DNA of 64,000 nt from an uncultured Dehalococcoidales bacterium (GCA_964605885.1 CAZSED010000004.1:50618-114617); one strand, 5' to 3'. Positions 16,053-28,690 are shown, numbered from the stretch's first letter. Notes: a model not told the origin generated them from the letters alone. Numbers and translations are program-made.

Positions 16053-16346
16053 ATGGCTGTTAAAATTCAACCTCTGGGTGACCGGGTGCTGGTAAAACCC
16101 CTGGAAAAAGAGGAAAAGACCAAGGGCGGCATCTTTCTGCCGGACACTGCCAAGGAAAAACCGCAGGAAGGCAAGGTGCTGGCCGTCGGCCCGGGAAAGC
16201 TGTCCGATGAGGGCAAAAGGATACCCATGGACCTGGCTGTGGGCGATATCGTGATCTTCGCCAAGTACGGCGGCACCGAGATCAAGGAGGACGACGAGGA
16301 GCTCATCCTGCTCAGGGAAGCCGACATCCTGGCCAAGAAGAAGTAA
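16053..16346 (+). CDS. groES: co-chaperonin GroES
   Basis: 97-aa ORF with [22 protein letters not shown]...[22 protein letters not shown]. Confidence 0.97.
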   Translation: MAVKIQPLGDRVLVKPLEKEEKTKGGIFLPDTAKEKPQEGKVLAVGPGKLSDEGKRIPMDLAVGDIVIFAKYGGTEIKEDDEELILLREADILAKKK

Positions 16347-16399
16347 TCAAATTTTAAACGAGCATAACCATTTATTTATATAGGAGGTAAAGAGGTTAA

Positions 16400-18010
<1,611 letters not shown>

Positions 18011-18034
18011 GTGCTAACCCGAAAGTAATTGAAA

Positions 18035-18069
18035 GGGCCGCCCCGATCGATCGGGGGGCGGCCCTTTTT
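18035..18069. terminator. bidirectional intrinsic terminator between groEL and the convergent M16 peptidase gene
   Basis: GGGCCGCCCC 18035-18044 pairs with GGGGCGGCCC 18055-18064. T5 at 18065-18069 on the plus strand; an AAA/TTT run flanks it on the other side. Confidence 0.7.
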
Positions 18070-18072
18070 ACG

Positions 18073-19338
18073 TCAGATAGCCAGCAGGCGCAGGAATTCT
18101 TCCTCGCCCTGCACCGGGCCGACCATGGCCAGGTTAAGTTTGTTCGTGGCGAAAAGCTTTTGCGCCACGCGCTTTATATCTTCGGCCGTTATCTGCTCGA
18201 TAATGGCGGTCACGTCGTCGATCCCCAGTATCTTGCCCGTCAGCATCTCCTGTGCGCCGTACCAGCCGGCCACGTTGCGGCTGTTCTCCATGCTCAGCAA
18301 CAGCCTGCCCCTGGCCATCTCCCTGGCCTTGTTCAGCTCGGCCTCTGTTATGCCCTCCCTGACCGCGGCAAGCTGCTCCACGACGGCTTGGGTGGCCCTG
18401 GACGCCTGCTCCGGGTCCACGCCGGCCTGTATCACGAACACGCCGGTCTGCTGGAAATGCTCCACGTAGCTGTGTATGTCGTAGGCCAGCCCCAGCTTCT
18501 CCCTGATCTCGGTGAACAGCCGGCTGCTCATGCCCTCGCCCAGCAGCATGCTGAGCAGGTCGCAGGCAAACCTGTCCTGGTCGAAGAGCGAGGGGCCCTC
18601 CACACCCAGCACCAGGTTGACCTGCTCGGTCTGCCGGTGCTCCATCTTCAGGCGCGGCCCGGCCTGCCCGGTGAGGCTGGGTATGTATTCAGGCTGGCTT
18701 CCCGCCGGCCAGTTCTCCATGGCCCCGGTCACTACCGGTAGCGCGGCCTTAGGGTCGAAGTCGCCCGCTATGCTGACCAGCATGTTCTCCGGCGCATAGT
18801 AGCCGGACATGTATTGCTTCATCTCTGCTGCGCTGATGGCCGAGACGGTCTTCTCGCTGCCGGCCACGTCGCGGCCCATGGGGCTGCCCGGCCACATCGT
18901 CTCGTCGAACAGCATGCCCACCCGCTGCTGGGGCGAGTCCAGGCTCATGTTTATCTCCTCGATGATCACCTGGCGCTCCTTGACCACGTCCTCCTCCCTG
19001 TACAGGGGATTGCGCAAAATATCGACGATGACGTCCACCGCCGCCTCGAAGTGCTGTGAGGCCAGCTTGCACCAGTAGGAGGTCAGCTCACGGTCCGTGC
19101 CGCCGTTCATTATCCCTCCCAGGCCCTCGATGGCCTCGCTTATCTGGCGCGAGCTGGGCCGCTTCCGCGTGCCCTTGAAGCACATGTGCTCGACGAAGTG
19201 CGAGATGCCCGCCTCACGGTCCCGCTCGTAGCAGCTTCCGGCCCGCACGAAGAACAGCACGGACACAGAGCGCGTGCCCGGCATGACGGAGGCAATGATC
19301 TTCAGCCCGTTATCGAGTGTGACTTTCTCATATTCCAT
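18073..19338 (-). CDS. M16-family zinc peptidase (pitrilysin-like)
   Basis: 421-aa ORF with the inverted zinc motif HFVEH. Confidence 0.88.
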   Translation of the reverse strand: MEYEKVTLDNGLKIIASVMPGTRSVSVLFFVRAGSCYERDREAGISHFVEHMCFKGTRKRPSSRQISEAIEGLGGIMNGGTDRELTSYWCKLASQHFEAAVDVIVDILRNPLYREEDVVKERQVIIEEINMSLDSPQQRVGMLFDETMWPGSPMGRDVAGSEKTVSAISAAEMKQYMSGYYAPENMLVSIAGDFDPKAALPVVTGAMENWPAGSQPEYIPSLTGQAGPRLKMEHRQTEQVNLVLGVEGPSLFDQDRFACDLLSMLLGEGMSSRLFTEIREKLGLAYDIHSYVEHFQQTGVFVIQAGVDPEQASRATQAVVEQLAAVREGITEAELNKAREMARGRLLLSMENSRNVAGWYGAQEMLTGKILGIDDVTAIIEQITAEDIKRVAQKLFATNKLNLAMVGPVQGEEEFLRLLAI

Positions 19339-19432
19339 GTTTCGGCCGCCTCACGTTCGCCCGGCTGTCCTGCCTGCTGGGATTTATATGTCCGATGCCC
19401 CATTATAGCAAATTCAATTTGGGCGGGTTACA

Positions 19433-19441
19433 TGTTATAAT
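19433..19441 (+). promoter_or_regulatory. extended -10 (TGtTATAAT) upstream of pdxS
   Basis: TG 19433-19434 and TATAAT 19436-19441, 53 nt before the ATG. Confidence 0.4.
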
Positions 19442-19494
19442 TTACTTGTCAAAACAGCTTCACCTTCTTAAAATCTATTAAATACGGGGTTGAT

Positions 19495-20376
19495 ATGGAT
19501 ACTGGAACCTGGAAAGTAAAGACCGGCCTGGCCCAGATGCTCAAGGGCGGCGTCATCATGGACGTTGTTACGCCGGAGCACGCCAAGATAGCCGAGGATG
19601 CCGGCGCCTGCGCCGTGATGGCGCTTGAGAGGGTGCCCGCCGATATTCGCGCTGCCGGGGGCGTGGCCCGCATGGCCGATCCCAATATAATCACGGCCAT
19701 CATGAAGGCTGTGACCATACCCGTGATGGCCAAGTGCCGCATCGGGCACTTTGTCGAGGCACAGGTGCTGGAGGCGCTGGGCGTGGACTTCATCGACGAG
19801 TCCGAGGTGCTCACGCCGGCCGACGAGAGCCACCACGTGTGGAAGCATGATTTTAAGGTGCCCTTCGTCTGCGGCTGCCGCGACCTGGGCGAGGCGCTGC
19901 GCCGTATATCCGAGGGCGCGGCCATGATACGCACCAAGGGCGAAGCGGGCACGGGCAACATCGTGGAGGCCGTGCGCCACATGCGCGCCGTGCTGTCCGA
20001 GATGAAGAAGCTGCAGTCCATGTCCGAGGACGAGCTGCCGGCCGAGGCCAAGGCCATATCGGCCCCGCTGGAGCTGGTGATAGAGGTACATAAGGCCGGC
20101 AAGCTGCCGGTGGTGAACTTCGCCGCAGGCGGGGTGGCCACTCCTGCCGACGCCGCATTAATGATGCAGCTCGGCGCCGAGGGCGTGTTCGTGGGCTCGG
20201 GCATATTCAAGTCCAGCGACCCTTCAGCCCGCGCCAAGGCCATCGTCAAGGCAACCACGCATTATAAGGACCCGGCCATCATCGCCGACGTCTCCAAAAC
20301 GCTGGGCGCCGCCATGCCCGGCCTGGATATAAAAGGCATACCCGAGGATAATTTGCTGGCCGTTAGAGGATGGTAA
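19495..20376 (+). CDS. pdxS: pyridoxal 5'-phosphate synthase subunit PdxS
   Basis: 293-aa [43 protein letters not shown]. Confidence 0.96.
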   Translation: MDTGTWKVKTGLAQMLKGGVIMDVVTPEHAKIAEDAGACAVMALERVPADIRAAGGVARMADPNIITAIMKAVTIPVMAKCRIGHFVEAQVLEALGVDFIDESEVLTPADESHHVWKHDFKVPFVCGCRDLGEALRRISEGAAMIRTKGEAGTGNIVEAVRHMRAVLSEMKKLQSMSEDELPAEAKAISAPLELVIEVHKAGKLPVVNFAAGGVATPADAALMMQLGAEGVFVGSGIFKSSDPSARAKAIVKATTHYKDPAIIADVSKTLGAAMPGLDIKGIPEDNLLAVRGW

Positions 20377-20398
20377 ATAGAGCGTATTCTAAGCCTCT

Positions 20399-21889
<1,491 letters not shown>

Positions 21890-21910
21890 TACATTCCCTT
21901 TCATTGAACT

Positions 21911-22561
21911 ATGAGCCCTTATTCCGGCCTGTTCATCACCCTGGAAGGATGCGAGGGCTGCGGCAAGAGCACGCAGGCCCGCAGCCTGCATAAGAGAATC
22001 CACAGCTGCGGCATACCCGTTATCCTCACTCAGGAGCCCGGAGGCACCCCGCTGGGCGACAAGATCAGGGACATCCTGAAGGTCAGGCGGGGATTCAACA
22101 TAGATGCGGAGGCGGAGCTCCTGCTCTTCGCCGCCTCCCGCTACCAGCTGGTGAAGGACGTGATAAGGCCGGCCCTGCAGGCCGGAAAGGTGGTGGTGTG
22201 CGACCGCTTTACCGACTCCACCGTTGTTTACCAGGGATACGGGCGCGGGGTTGACTTAGATACGATCCGGACCATCAATGCCTTTGCGGCCGGCGGCCTC
22301 AAACCGGACATCACCATTCTGCTGGATACACCGGCCGATGCCGGCCTGGAACGAAAACACAACAGCCATGAGGATCGCTTCGAAGCTGAAGGCCTGGCCT
22401 TTCACCACGCCGTGCGAGACGGCTACCTCAGGTCTGCACAGGCCGAGCCCGGCCGCTGGATAGTGGTCGCTGCTCAGCAGCCGCTGGAAACAGTGAGCAA
22501 TCTTATCTGGCAGGCAATACTGCCGGCGCTTTCCAAAAAATACCCTGCCGCGTCAGGCTGA
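21911..22561 (+). CDS. tmk: thymidylate kinase
   Basis: 216-aa ORF. P-loop EGCEGCGKST and DRF motif. Confidence 0.9.
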   Translation: MSPYSGLFITLEGCEGCGKSTQARSLHKRIHSCGIPVILTQEPGGTPLGDKIRDILKVRRGFNIDAEAELLLFAASRYQLVKDVIRPALQAGKVVVCDRFTDSTVVYQGYGRGVDLDTIRTINAFAAGGLKPDITILLDTPADAGLERKHNSHEDRFEAEGLAFHHAVRDGYLRSAQAEPGRWIVVAAQQPLETVSNLIWQAILPALSKKYPAASG

Positions 22562-22580
22562 AAAACAGAGGGCCGAATAA

Positions 22581-23231
22581 TTGAAAAAGCCCGCTAAAAA
22601 GGCCGGGAACAGCCCGGACCGCAACGAGGAGAAGGCGCTGTATGCGTCCGGCTACGCCCGCGTGGCCGGGCTGGACGAAGCGGGCCGAGGTGCGCTGGCC
22701 GGGCCGGTGGTGGCCGCCGTGGTCGTCCTGCCTGCAACGGTTAAATTCCGCTGGCTCAGGCTGGTCAAGGACAGCAAGCTGTTGCAGGGAAAGGACCGCC
22801 AGGACCTGTACATCCTGATGCAGGATTCGGGCATCGAGTTCAGCACCGGCATCGTATCGGCCGACATGATCGATAACATCAATATATTGAATGCCACCAA
22901 GCTGGCCATGAAGATGGCGGTGGAAGCGCTGGCCTCCCCGCCGGACTACCTGTTGACCGATGCAGTGCCGCTGCCCAGGCTGCGTATTCCACAGAAGGGC
23001 ATCGTCAAAGGCGACCGGCGCTGCATATCGGTGGCCTGCGCCTCAATAGTGGCCAAGGTCACGCGTGACCGCATCATGATGGAGCTCGACGCCAGGTACC
23101 CGGAATACAGGTTCTGCGAACACAAAGGGTACGGCACTGGGCAGCACCTGGAATGCCTGCGGGTCCACGGCGCCTGCGCCGAGCACCGTCAGACCTTTTC
23201 GCCCGTGCGCCAGCTGGCGAGGATGATTTGA
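22581..23231 (+). CDS. rnhB: ribonuclease HII
   Basis: 216-aa ORF with TTG start. DEAGRGALAGPV catalytic motif. Confidence 0.9.
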   Translation: MKKPAKKAGNSPDRNEEKALYASGYARVAGLDEAGRGALAGPVVAAVVVLPATVKFRWLRLVKDSKLLQGKDRQDLYILMQDSGIEFSTGIVSADMIDNINILNATKLAMKMAVEALASPPDYLLTDAVPLPRLRIPQKGIVKGDRRCISVACASIVAKVTRDRIMMELDARYPEYRFCEHKGYGTGQHLECLRVHGACAEHRQTFSPVRQLARMI

Positions 23232-23590
23232 AGAAGCAGCAGCTGGGGAAAGCTGGGGAGGAGCTGGCCTGCCGGCTGCTCAAAAAGCAGGGCTACCACC
23301 TGCTGGAGAAAAATTACCGCTGCCGCCACGGAGAGATCGATATCGTAGCCAGGCACAAAAACACGCTGGTGTTCGTGGAGGTGCGCGGCAAGTCGGGCGT
23401 CTCCTTCGGCTCCCCGGAGGAATCGGTCACCGGACTGAAGAGACAAAGGCTGGTGGCGGCCGCTCTGGATTATATAGGTTCGCACGAGGGCCTGCCCGAG
23501 GACTGGCGCATCGACCTGGTGGCCATCCAGTTCGATCCAGCGGGCCAGCGGCCGGTCCGGGCCGAGATACTGCAAAACGTCATCGACTAG
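23228..23590 (+). CDS. YraN-family (UPF0102) endonuclease-like protein
   Basis: GKAGEELACRLLKKQGYHLLEKNYRCRHGEIDIVARHKNTLVFVEVR. I place the start at TTG 23228, overlapping the rnhB stop as TTGA. This gives about 120 aa, typical for the family. The ORF track's 23153 start would overlap rnhB by 79 nt. Confidence 0.8.
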   Translation: MKKQQLGKAGEELACRLLKKQGYHLLEKNYRCRHGEIDIVARHKNTLVFVEVRGKSGVSFGSPEESVTGLKRQRLVAAALDYIGSHEGLPEDWRIDLVAIQFDPAGQRPVRAEILQNVID

Positions 23591-23689
23591 TTATGTCATG
23601 CTATCCGAAGCAATAAAAGTCTGGTATAATCTTGGCCTGTAGCACAGTCGCCGCCTGTTGAAGACGCTTTCTTATAGCTGCGGAGAAAA

Positions 23690-25672
23690 TTGACACCTCT
23701 CGGTATAGTCCTGCGTGTCCTCCTGAGCGTGAGCATACTGGCCGCCATTTACCTGACGAGCCTGTATAACCAGCTGTTGTTTTTCATCGTAGTCGAACTC
23801 TGCAGCATCGTTGTCTGCTTCTGCATCTTCATTGTTGCCTGGCACTCGCGCAGCTATGCCGATAACAGGTACTTTACCTTCCTGGGCATAGCCTTCATAT
23901 TTATCGGCATACTGGAGCTGTTCCACACCATGACCTTCGAGGGCATGCCCTTTTCCCAGTTCGGCCAGAATGTACAGATGCAGGCGCGGCTGGGAGCCAG
24001 GTATATTCAGAGCCTGGCCATGCTGGCGGCGCCCTTTTTCATCAACCGAGGCATCAAGATACGGCTGACCATTACGGGATTTACGCTGGTCTGCAGCCTT
24101 CTGCTGGCCTCGATATTTCTCTGGCAGACCTTCCCTGCATGCTACGTCGAGGGGGAGGGAACCACGCTGTTCTATGTCGCCAGCGAGTTCCTGATATGCT
24201 CGATGTTCATAATGGCCGGGGGCCTGCTGTGGATACGGCGCAGTAAATTCAACCGTCTGGTATTAAATTACCTGCTTTTCTCCCTGGCTGCCGGTGTCGT
24301 CGCCGAGGCAGCCTTCATGCTGTACCGCACCTCAACCGGCGTCTTCAACCTGCTGGGATACCTGTTCTACCTGGTCTCCTTTTTCCTGATCTACCGCGCC
24401 ATAGTGGTGGTTCACCTGGTCAAGCCCTACGACATACTGTTCCACAACCTGGCCAGGGAGAAGGATAAGTTGCAGAACCTGCTCGACACGGAGGAATCCG
24501 TCCTGGTAGCGCTGGACCAGAACGAGAATGTAACCATGATCAACCGCAAGGGCAGGGAACTGATAGGCCTGAACGAAGAGGACATCGTGGGCACGAGCTG
24601 GTTTTATAGCTTTGTGCCGGCCAGCGCCAGGGAGGGAGCGCGCCAGGATTTTGAAAAGCTGGTAACCGGCCAGAGCGATCCCGTCAAATACCTGGAAAGG
24701 CCCTTGCTGACCTCCAGCGGCGAGGAGAGGATCATCGCCTGGCATGAGGCCCTGCTGCGTGATGAAACCGGCAGGATAGTCGGTACATTCAGCTCCGGAC
24801 AGGATATCACGGAGCGCAAACAGGCCGAGGACCTTTTCCGCGTTATCTTTAACAACTCGCCCATCGGCATGTACATAGTGCAGGACAACAGGTTTACACT
24901 GGTCAACCCGCAGTTTCGCAACTATCTGGGCTACAGCGAGAGCGAGCTGAAGGGCGTGCAGCCGCTCTCCCTGGTGCTGCCCGAGGACGCCGCCAAGGTC
25001 AGGCAGGAGGCGGTGAGAGCGCTGAAGGAGCGCAGCGAGCAATTCAAGACCTACGACTACAGGGTGAAGACCAAGAGCGGACAGCTCAAGTGGTTCATGG
25101 AGTCGGTGACCTCCATCCATTACGACGGCAGGCTGGCCACGCTGGGCACCATCGTGGATGTTTCCGAGCGCAAGCAGAGCGAAGAGCTGTTCAAGTCACT
25201 GTCGCTGATCGACGACCTGACGGGCGTCTACAACAGGCGGGGTTTCCTTACCATGGCCACACAGCAGCTTAAGCTGAGCTACCGCATGAACAAGGGCGTC
25301 ACCCTGCTGTTCGCGGACATAGACAAGCTCAAGTGGATAAACGACCACCTGGGCCATCTTGAGGGTGACTCGGCCCTGGTCAACGCCGCCAGGATGCTCA
25401 AGGAGACCTTCCGCGAGTCGGATATCGTGGGACGCATCAGCGGCGACGAGTTTGCCGTCTTTATGCCGGGGTCGGACGACAGCTATTCCAAGACCATCAT
25501 CCAGCGCCTCGAGGACAAGATAAGCAAATTCAACTCAACCGCCAAAAAGGCCTATCGCCTGTCGCTGAGCTTCGGCATGGCCAGCAGCCAGGCCGGCGCT
25601 CCCTGCAACCTGAGCGACCTGCTGGAAATGGCCGATAAGTTCATGTACCAGGACAAGCGCAACGGCCAGTAA
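23690..25672 (+). CDS. membrane sensor, PAS-PAS-GGDEF diguanylate cyclase (SGDEF variant with RxxD I-site)
   Basis: 660-aa ORF with TTG start. The roughly 250-aa N-terminal region is multi-TM, followed by two PAS-like segments. The GGDEF domain reads RESD-IVGRI-SGDEF. Confidence 0.85.
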   Translation: MTPLGIVLRVLLSVSILAAIYLTSLYNQLLFFIVVELCSIVVCFCIFIVAWHSRSYADNRYFTFLGIAFIFIGILELFHTMTFEGMPFSQFGQNVQMQARLGARYIQSLAMLAAPFFINRGIKIRLTITGFTLVCSLLLASIFLWQTFPACYVEGEGTTLFYVASEFLICSMFIMAGGLLWIRRSKFNRLVLNYLLFSLAAGVVAEAAFMLYRTSTGVFNLLGYLFYLVSFFLIYRAIVVVHLVKPYDILFHNLAREKDKLQNLLDTEESVLVALDQNENVTMINRKGRELIGLNEEDIVGTSWFYSFVPASAREGARQDFEKLVTGQSDPVKYLERPLLTSSGEERIIAWHEALLRDETGRIVGTFSSGQDITERKQAEDLFRVIFNNSPIGMYIVQDNRFTLVNPQFRNYLGYSESELKGVQPLSLVLPEDAAKVRQEAVRALKERSEQFKTYDYRVKTKSGQLKWFMESVTSIHYDGRLATLGTIVDVSERKQSEELFKSLSLIDDLTGVYNRRGFLTMATQQLKLSYRMNKGVTLLFADIDKLKWINDHLGHLEGDSALVNAARMLKETFRESDIVGRISGDEFAVFMPGSDDSYSKTIIQRLEDKISKFNSTAKKAYRLSLSFGMASSQAGAPCNLSDLLEMADKFMYQDKRNGQ

Positions 25673-25689
25673 AGGCCGCCCGCCGCAGG

Positions 25690-26016
25690 TCACTCCTCGA
25701 TAGCTTCCATGGCTATGCAGCTGTGCGCCATCGAGCCTCCGGCCCGCATAGCGGCAGCCACCAGGATGGCCTCGGCGATCTGCTCATCAGTCGCCCCCGC
25801 TTTCTTGGCCCGTTTGGTGTGGCCCTCTATGCAGTAAGGGCACTGCGTGACGTGCGCGCAGGCCACAGCCATCAGCTCCTTGGTCTTGATGTCCAGGCTG
25901 CCATCAGCAAAAACCTTGGCGTCAAAATCCATGAAGGCCTTGACCACTTCGGGCTTGAGCGTGAACAGCTTGCCCAGCTTTTCCAGGGCTTTCTTATTGT
26001 AAAAATGGTCGCTCAT
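25690..26016 (-). CDS. carboxymuconolactone decarboxylase / AhpD-like family protein
   Basis: CPYCIEGH CxxC motif. I prefer the ATG at 26016 (AGGAG 6 nt upstream) over the ORF-track start at 26037. Confidence 0.8.
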   Translation of the reverse strand: MSDHFYNKKALEKLGKLFTLKPEVVKAFMDFDAKVFADGSLDIKTKELMAVACAHVTQCPYCIEGHTKRAKKAGATDEQIAEAILVAAAMRAGGSMAHSCIAMEAIEE

Positions 26017-26029
26017 TGAATTCTCCTGG

Positions 26030-26662
26030 TTACACACCCAGCCTGAAAGGCGGGTATTTATCGGTGGTCAGTATCATTGCATATGCGAAAACGCGGAAAT
26101 TCCACCTCATTACGTCGACGACGAAATCGAACAGCCCGCGGGGATAGTTGCCGGTAAAGAGTATGGCGAACCAGGCAATGATGGTAACGACCAGTGCTGC
26201 CAGCCCCAGGAACATCAGGATGATTATATGCGGGATGGCCAGGAACCACTTGACCAGCGGCAGCCAGCGGTTCAAGGCGGAGGCATCGGGGTAGGGCAGC
26301 GTCAGGTGCACGGCCTGCTCCTCGTCCGTGGAGGGGTAGACATCCGTCAGCAGGTAAAAATAGCTGTTGAGCCTGTAGGTGAATCCGCTCATATTCAGGT
26401 TCCAGTCGTACCACCAGCGAGGGTATTTCTTGCGGAAGAGCAGCATCAGTATCAGCGGCAGGAAGACGAAGCCGAAGCCTGCCACCCACGAGCCGGCGCG
26501 TGCGCCGGAATCGGTTCCACCGCTGCTGTAGCTCATGCCTACCAGCAACAGGAAGACGATCATGATGGGAATGAGCATGAAGATGCGGAAGAACGTTGTC
26601 AGCCTGTTGAGTTTGCGCCCGGGATAGTCGATTTCAAGGTTTACCGGATAGCCGTCAGCCAT
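26030..26662 (-). CDS. DUF4389-family membrane protein
   Basis: YPGRKLNRLTTFFRIFMLIPIMIV..., ...FAILFTGNYPRGLFDF. I prefer the ATG at 26662 (AGGAGG 8 nt upstream) over 26680. Confidence 0.65.
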   Translation of the reverse strand: MADGYPVNLEIDYPGRKLNRLTTFFRIFMLIPIMIVFLLLVGMSYSSGGTDSGARAGSWVAGFGFVFLPLILMLLFRKKYPRWWYDWNLNMSGFTYRLNSYFYLLTDVYPSTDEEQAVHLTLPYPDASALNRWLPLVKWFLAIPHIIILMFLGLAALVVTIIAWFAILFTGNYPRGLFDFVVDVMRWNFRVFAYAMILTTDKYPPFRLGV

Positions 26663-26727
26663 GGTCAACACCTCCTGCAATCAGTGGGCCAATTATAGTT
26701 GAATCGCCCGCCCGTTGTTAAATGAGG

Positions 26728-27147
26728 CTAACGGGACGCAGGGGTGAGGCAGTCCAGGAACTCTTCAGGCGTTTTGCCCAGCGATAATTTTTCCATCGGG
26801 CACATGCCGTCGGCGCTGTCGTTCAGGATGAAGGGCACGGTTTTATCAAAGCGGAAAGCGATGCCGGCGGCGGATAAGGTAGCGGCGGCGTGCTCGCTGC
26901 CTGTCTCCGAGAACACCTCACGGCAGGCAGCCCTTATGAGCAGCAGGGCGGCAGCGTTGCCGACCACCCTGTCCAGTATGCAGACGCCCTGAAAGGAGTG
27001 GGCTAAACTGCCGATATACTCGATGAGCGGCGCCAGCCTGTCTTTGACCGAGCTGAAGACCAGCCTGCCGTCATGATAGACGCGCAGCGTGTCACCGCTG
27101 CCGCGGAAAGCGGCTATCAGCCCGCCGCTCAGGCCTTTTGCAGCCAC
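26728..27147 (-). CDS. DUF1893-family protein
   Basis: 139-aa ORF with GTG start. The DRVVGNAAALLL and CPMEKL blocks resemble DUF1893 (TM1506-like) as I recall it. Overlaps the upstream ECF S-component gene by 19 nt. Confidence 0.55.
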   Translation of the reverse strand: MAAKGLSGGLIAAFRGSGDTLRVYHDGRLVFSSVKDRLAPLIEYIGSLAHSFQGVCILDRVVGNAAALLLIRAACREVFSETGSEHAAATLSAAGIAFRFDKTVPFILNDSADGMCPMEKLSLGKTPEEFLDCLTPASR

Positions 27148-27746
27148 CGGTCAGCCACCTTCACTGCAGATGGTATGAACAATATCTGGGCGGCCAGGCC
27201 CGGCAGTCCCTGCAGCATGGCTGCCGCCAGGTAAGCCAGCGGCGAATTCACCGCAGGCAGGACGCCGGTTACCCAGGGCATTACAGAGGGCGCGGGAAGG
27301 GGCTGGCCAAAATAAATTAAGCTGACTCCCAGCCATAAGACAAGCCTGCCTGCCAGCATCGATATGATCAGCGACCTGCCAATGCCCAGGCCGAAATTTT
27401 CACGCAGGAAACCGGCTGTGAAGCCGTAGGCCATGTTCTCCAGAGTAAGCTGGGGCAGCAGGATAGCCAGGGGCATGCCCGACACCAGATAGCTGATAAC
27501 GGGGCTGAGCATCCCGGCCAGCAGGCCGGCACGCCAGCCCAGCGTCAGGCCGGTCAGCAGGATGATGAACTGCATAGGCAACAGGGAGGGGCCCAGCGCG
27601 CCCAGGTGATGAAATATATTGGGCAGGGCTATGTCCAGGGCCACCAGCGCCATCAAAAACATATAAAGCCTGTAGTCGGCAAAGTGCAGCCCGCTAAACC
27701 TCAGGGCGGCATGGCCGACTGCGGCGGTGTTAGATGCTTTATCCAT
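27129..27746 (-). CDS. ECF-transporter substrate-binding (S) component, orphan
   Basis: LLPMQFIILLTGLTLGWRAGLLAGMLSPVISYLVSGMP and ENMAYGFTAGFL match the ECF S-component pattern. Start chosen at ATG 27746 (GAGG 6 nt upstream) rather than GTG 27773. No EcfA/EcfT genes are nearby. Confidence 0.65.
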   Translation of the reverse strand: MDKASNTAAVGHAALRFSGLHFADYRLYMFLMALVALDIALPNIFHHLGALGPSLLPMQFIILLTGLTLGWRAGLLAGMLSPVISYLVSGMPLAILLPQLTLENMAYGFTAGFLRENFGLGIGRSLIISMLAGRLVLWLGVSLIYFGQPLPAPSVMPWVTGVLPAVNSPLAYLAAAMLQGLPGLAAQILFIPSAVKVADRWLQKA

Positions 27747-27789
27747 GTTTAGCCTCACTTCCAATCTTTTCACAAACGAACCTGGACTG

Positions 27790-27817
27790 ATTATAGCATC
27801 CGTACCATTTCCGGCAA
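27790..27817 (-). promoter_or_regulatory. putative promoter of the ECF-S/DUF1893 operon
   Basis: Minus strand TTGCCG (27817-27812), 16 nt, TATAAT (27795-27790). Confidence 0.4.
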
Positions 27818-27842
27818 AAAATTGCCTTAAGGCCGGTTTGAC

Positions 27843-27859
27843 AATATCATAGTGATATT
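27843..27859. promoter_or_regulatory. perfect 7-3-7 palindrome AATATCA-tag-TGATATT (putative operator)
   Basis: Read directly. Lies in the divergent intergenic region, overlaps a TTGACA hexamer (27838-27843), and sits 25 nt upstream of the nitroreductase start. Confidence 0.4.
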
Positions 27860-27883
27860 CAGATTAAATCAGGTTTTTAAATC

Positions 27884-28690
27884 ATGAGCACCATGCCGCT
27901 TTCACCCGACTGGTATCCCGCCATCAATGTCAGGCGCTCCCGCCGCAACTACGATAAGGGCCGGCCGATGGAGCCGGAGCTGGTGGAAAGGCTGAGCCGT
28001 GTGTGCAGCGAATTCAGGCCTTATCCCGCGGCGCGCCTGGAGTTCGTGCCCCGTCCCTCGCAGGATATCTTCGACAGGGCATTCCTGGTCTACGGCAACA
28101 TCAGGAACGTCAGCGCATTCCTGGCCTTCATCGGAGACGCGTCCGATCCGAACATGCAGGAAAAGCTGGGCTATACGGGAGAAGGCATCATACTGGAGGC
28201 GACCTCCCGCGGCCTGGGCACCTGCTGGGCGGCGCTCAGCTACAAGTCCTCCGCCGCGCAGTCGATGATTAAGTTGAATGCCGGAGAAAAGCTTGTGGCT
28301 GTCAGCCCGGTGGGCTACACGGTCGAGACATGGACCTTCGAGGAAAAAGCGCTGACCGCCTTCGGCGCCACGCATCAGAGGAAGCCTCTGTCCGGCATGG
28401 TCACAGGTTTGGAGAAGGACCGCTGGCCGCAGTGGGCTGCTGCCGCGGTCGAAGCTGCCCGGCTGGCGCCCTCGGCCACCAACCGGCAGCCCTGGAGCTT
28501 CCATATCGAGCAGAACAGCATCACCGTCTCGGTGAGGGGTTCCGAGCCGGAGTTCAATGTTTCCAAAAGGCTGGACTGCGGCATTGCCATGCTGCACGTC
28601 GAGCTGGGTGCGCTCAGCCAGGGCGCGCGGGGCCGATGGGAGTTTTTAAGGCATCCGGGCGTGGCGCGTTTCGTGGTCGACAATCAGTGA
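27884..28690 (+). CDS. nitroreductase-family flavoprotein
   Basis: 268-aa ORF. RRSRRNY N-terminal motif and APSATNRQPW in the C-terminal half. Confidence 0.75.
   Translation: MSTMPLSPDWYPAINVRRSRRNYDKGRPMEPELVERLSRVCSEFRPYPAARLEFVPRPSQDIFDRAFLVYGNIRNVSAFLAFIGDASDPNMQEKLGYTGEGIILEATSRGLGTCWAALSYKSSAAQSMIKLNAGEKLVAVSPVGYTVETWTFEEKALTAFGATHQRKPLSGMVTGLEKDRWPQWAAAAVEAARLAPSATNRQPWSFHIEQNSITVSVRGSEPEFNVSKRLDCGIAMLHVELGALSQGARGRWEFLRHPGVARFVVDNQ

Noticed and set aside
23153-23227. N-terminal 25 codons of the ORF-track version of the YraN gene
   Set aside because: They would overlap rnhB by 79 nt and encode a Pro/Arg-rich segment absent from YraN family members. TTG at 23228 gives the family-typical length and N-terminus.
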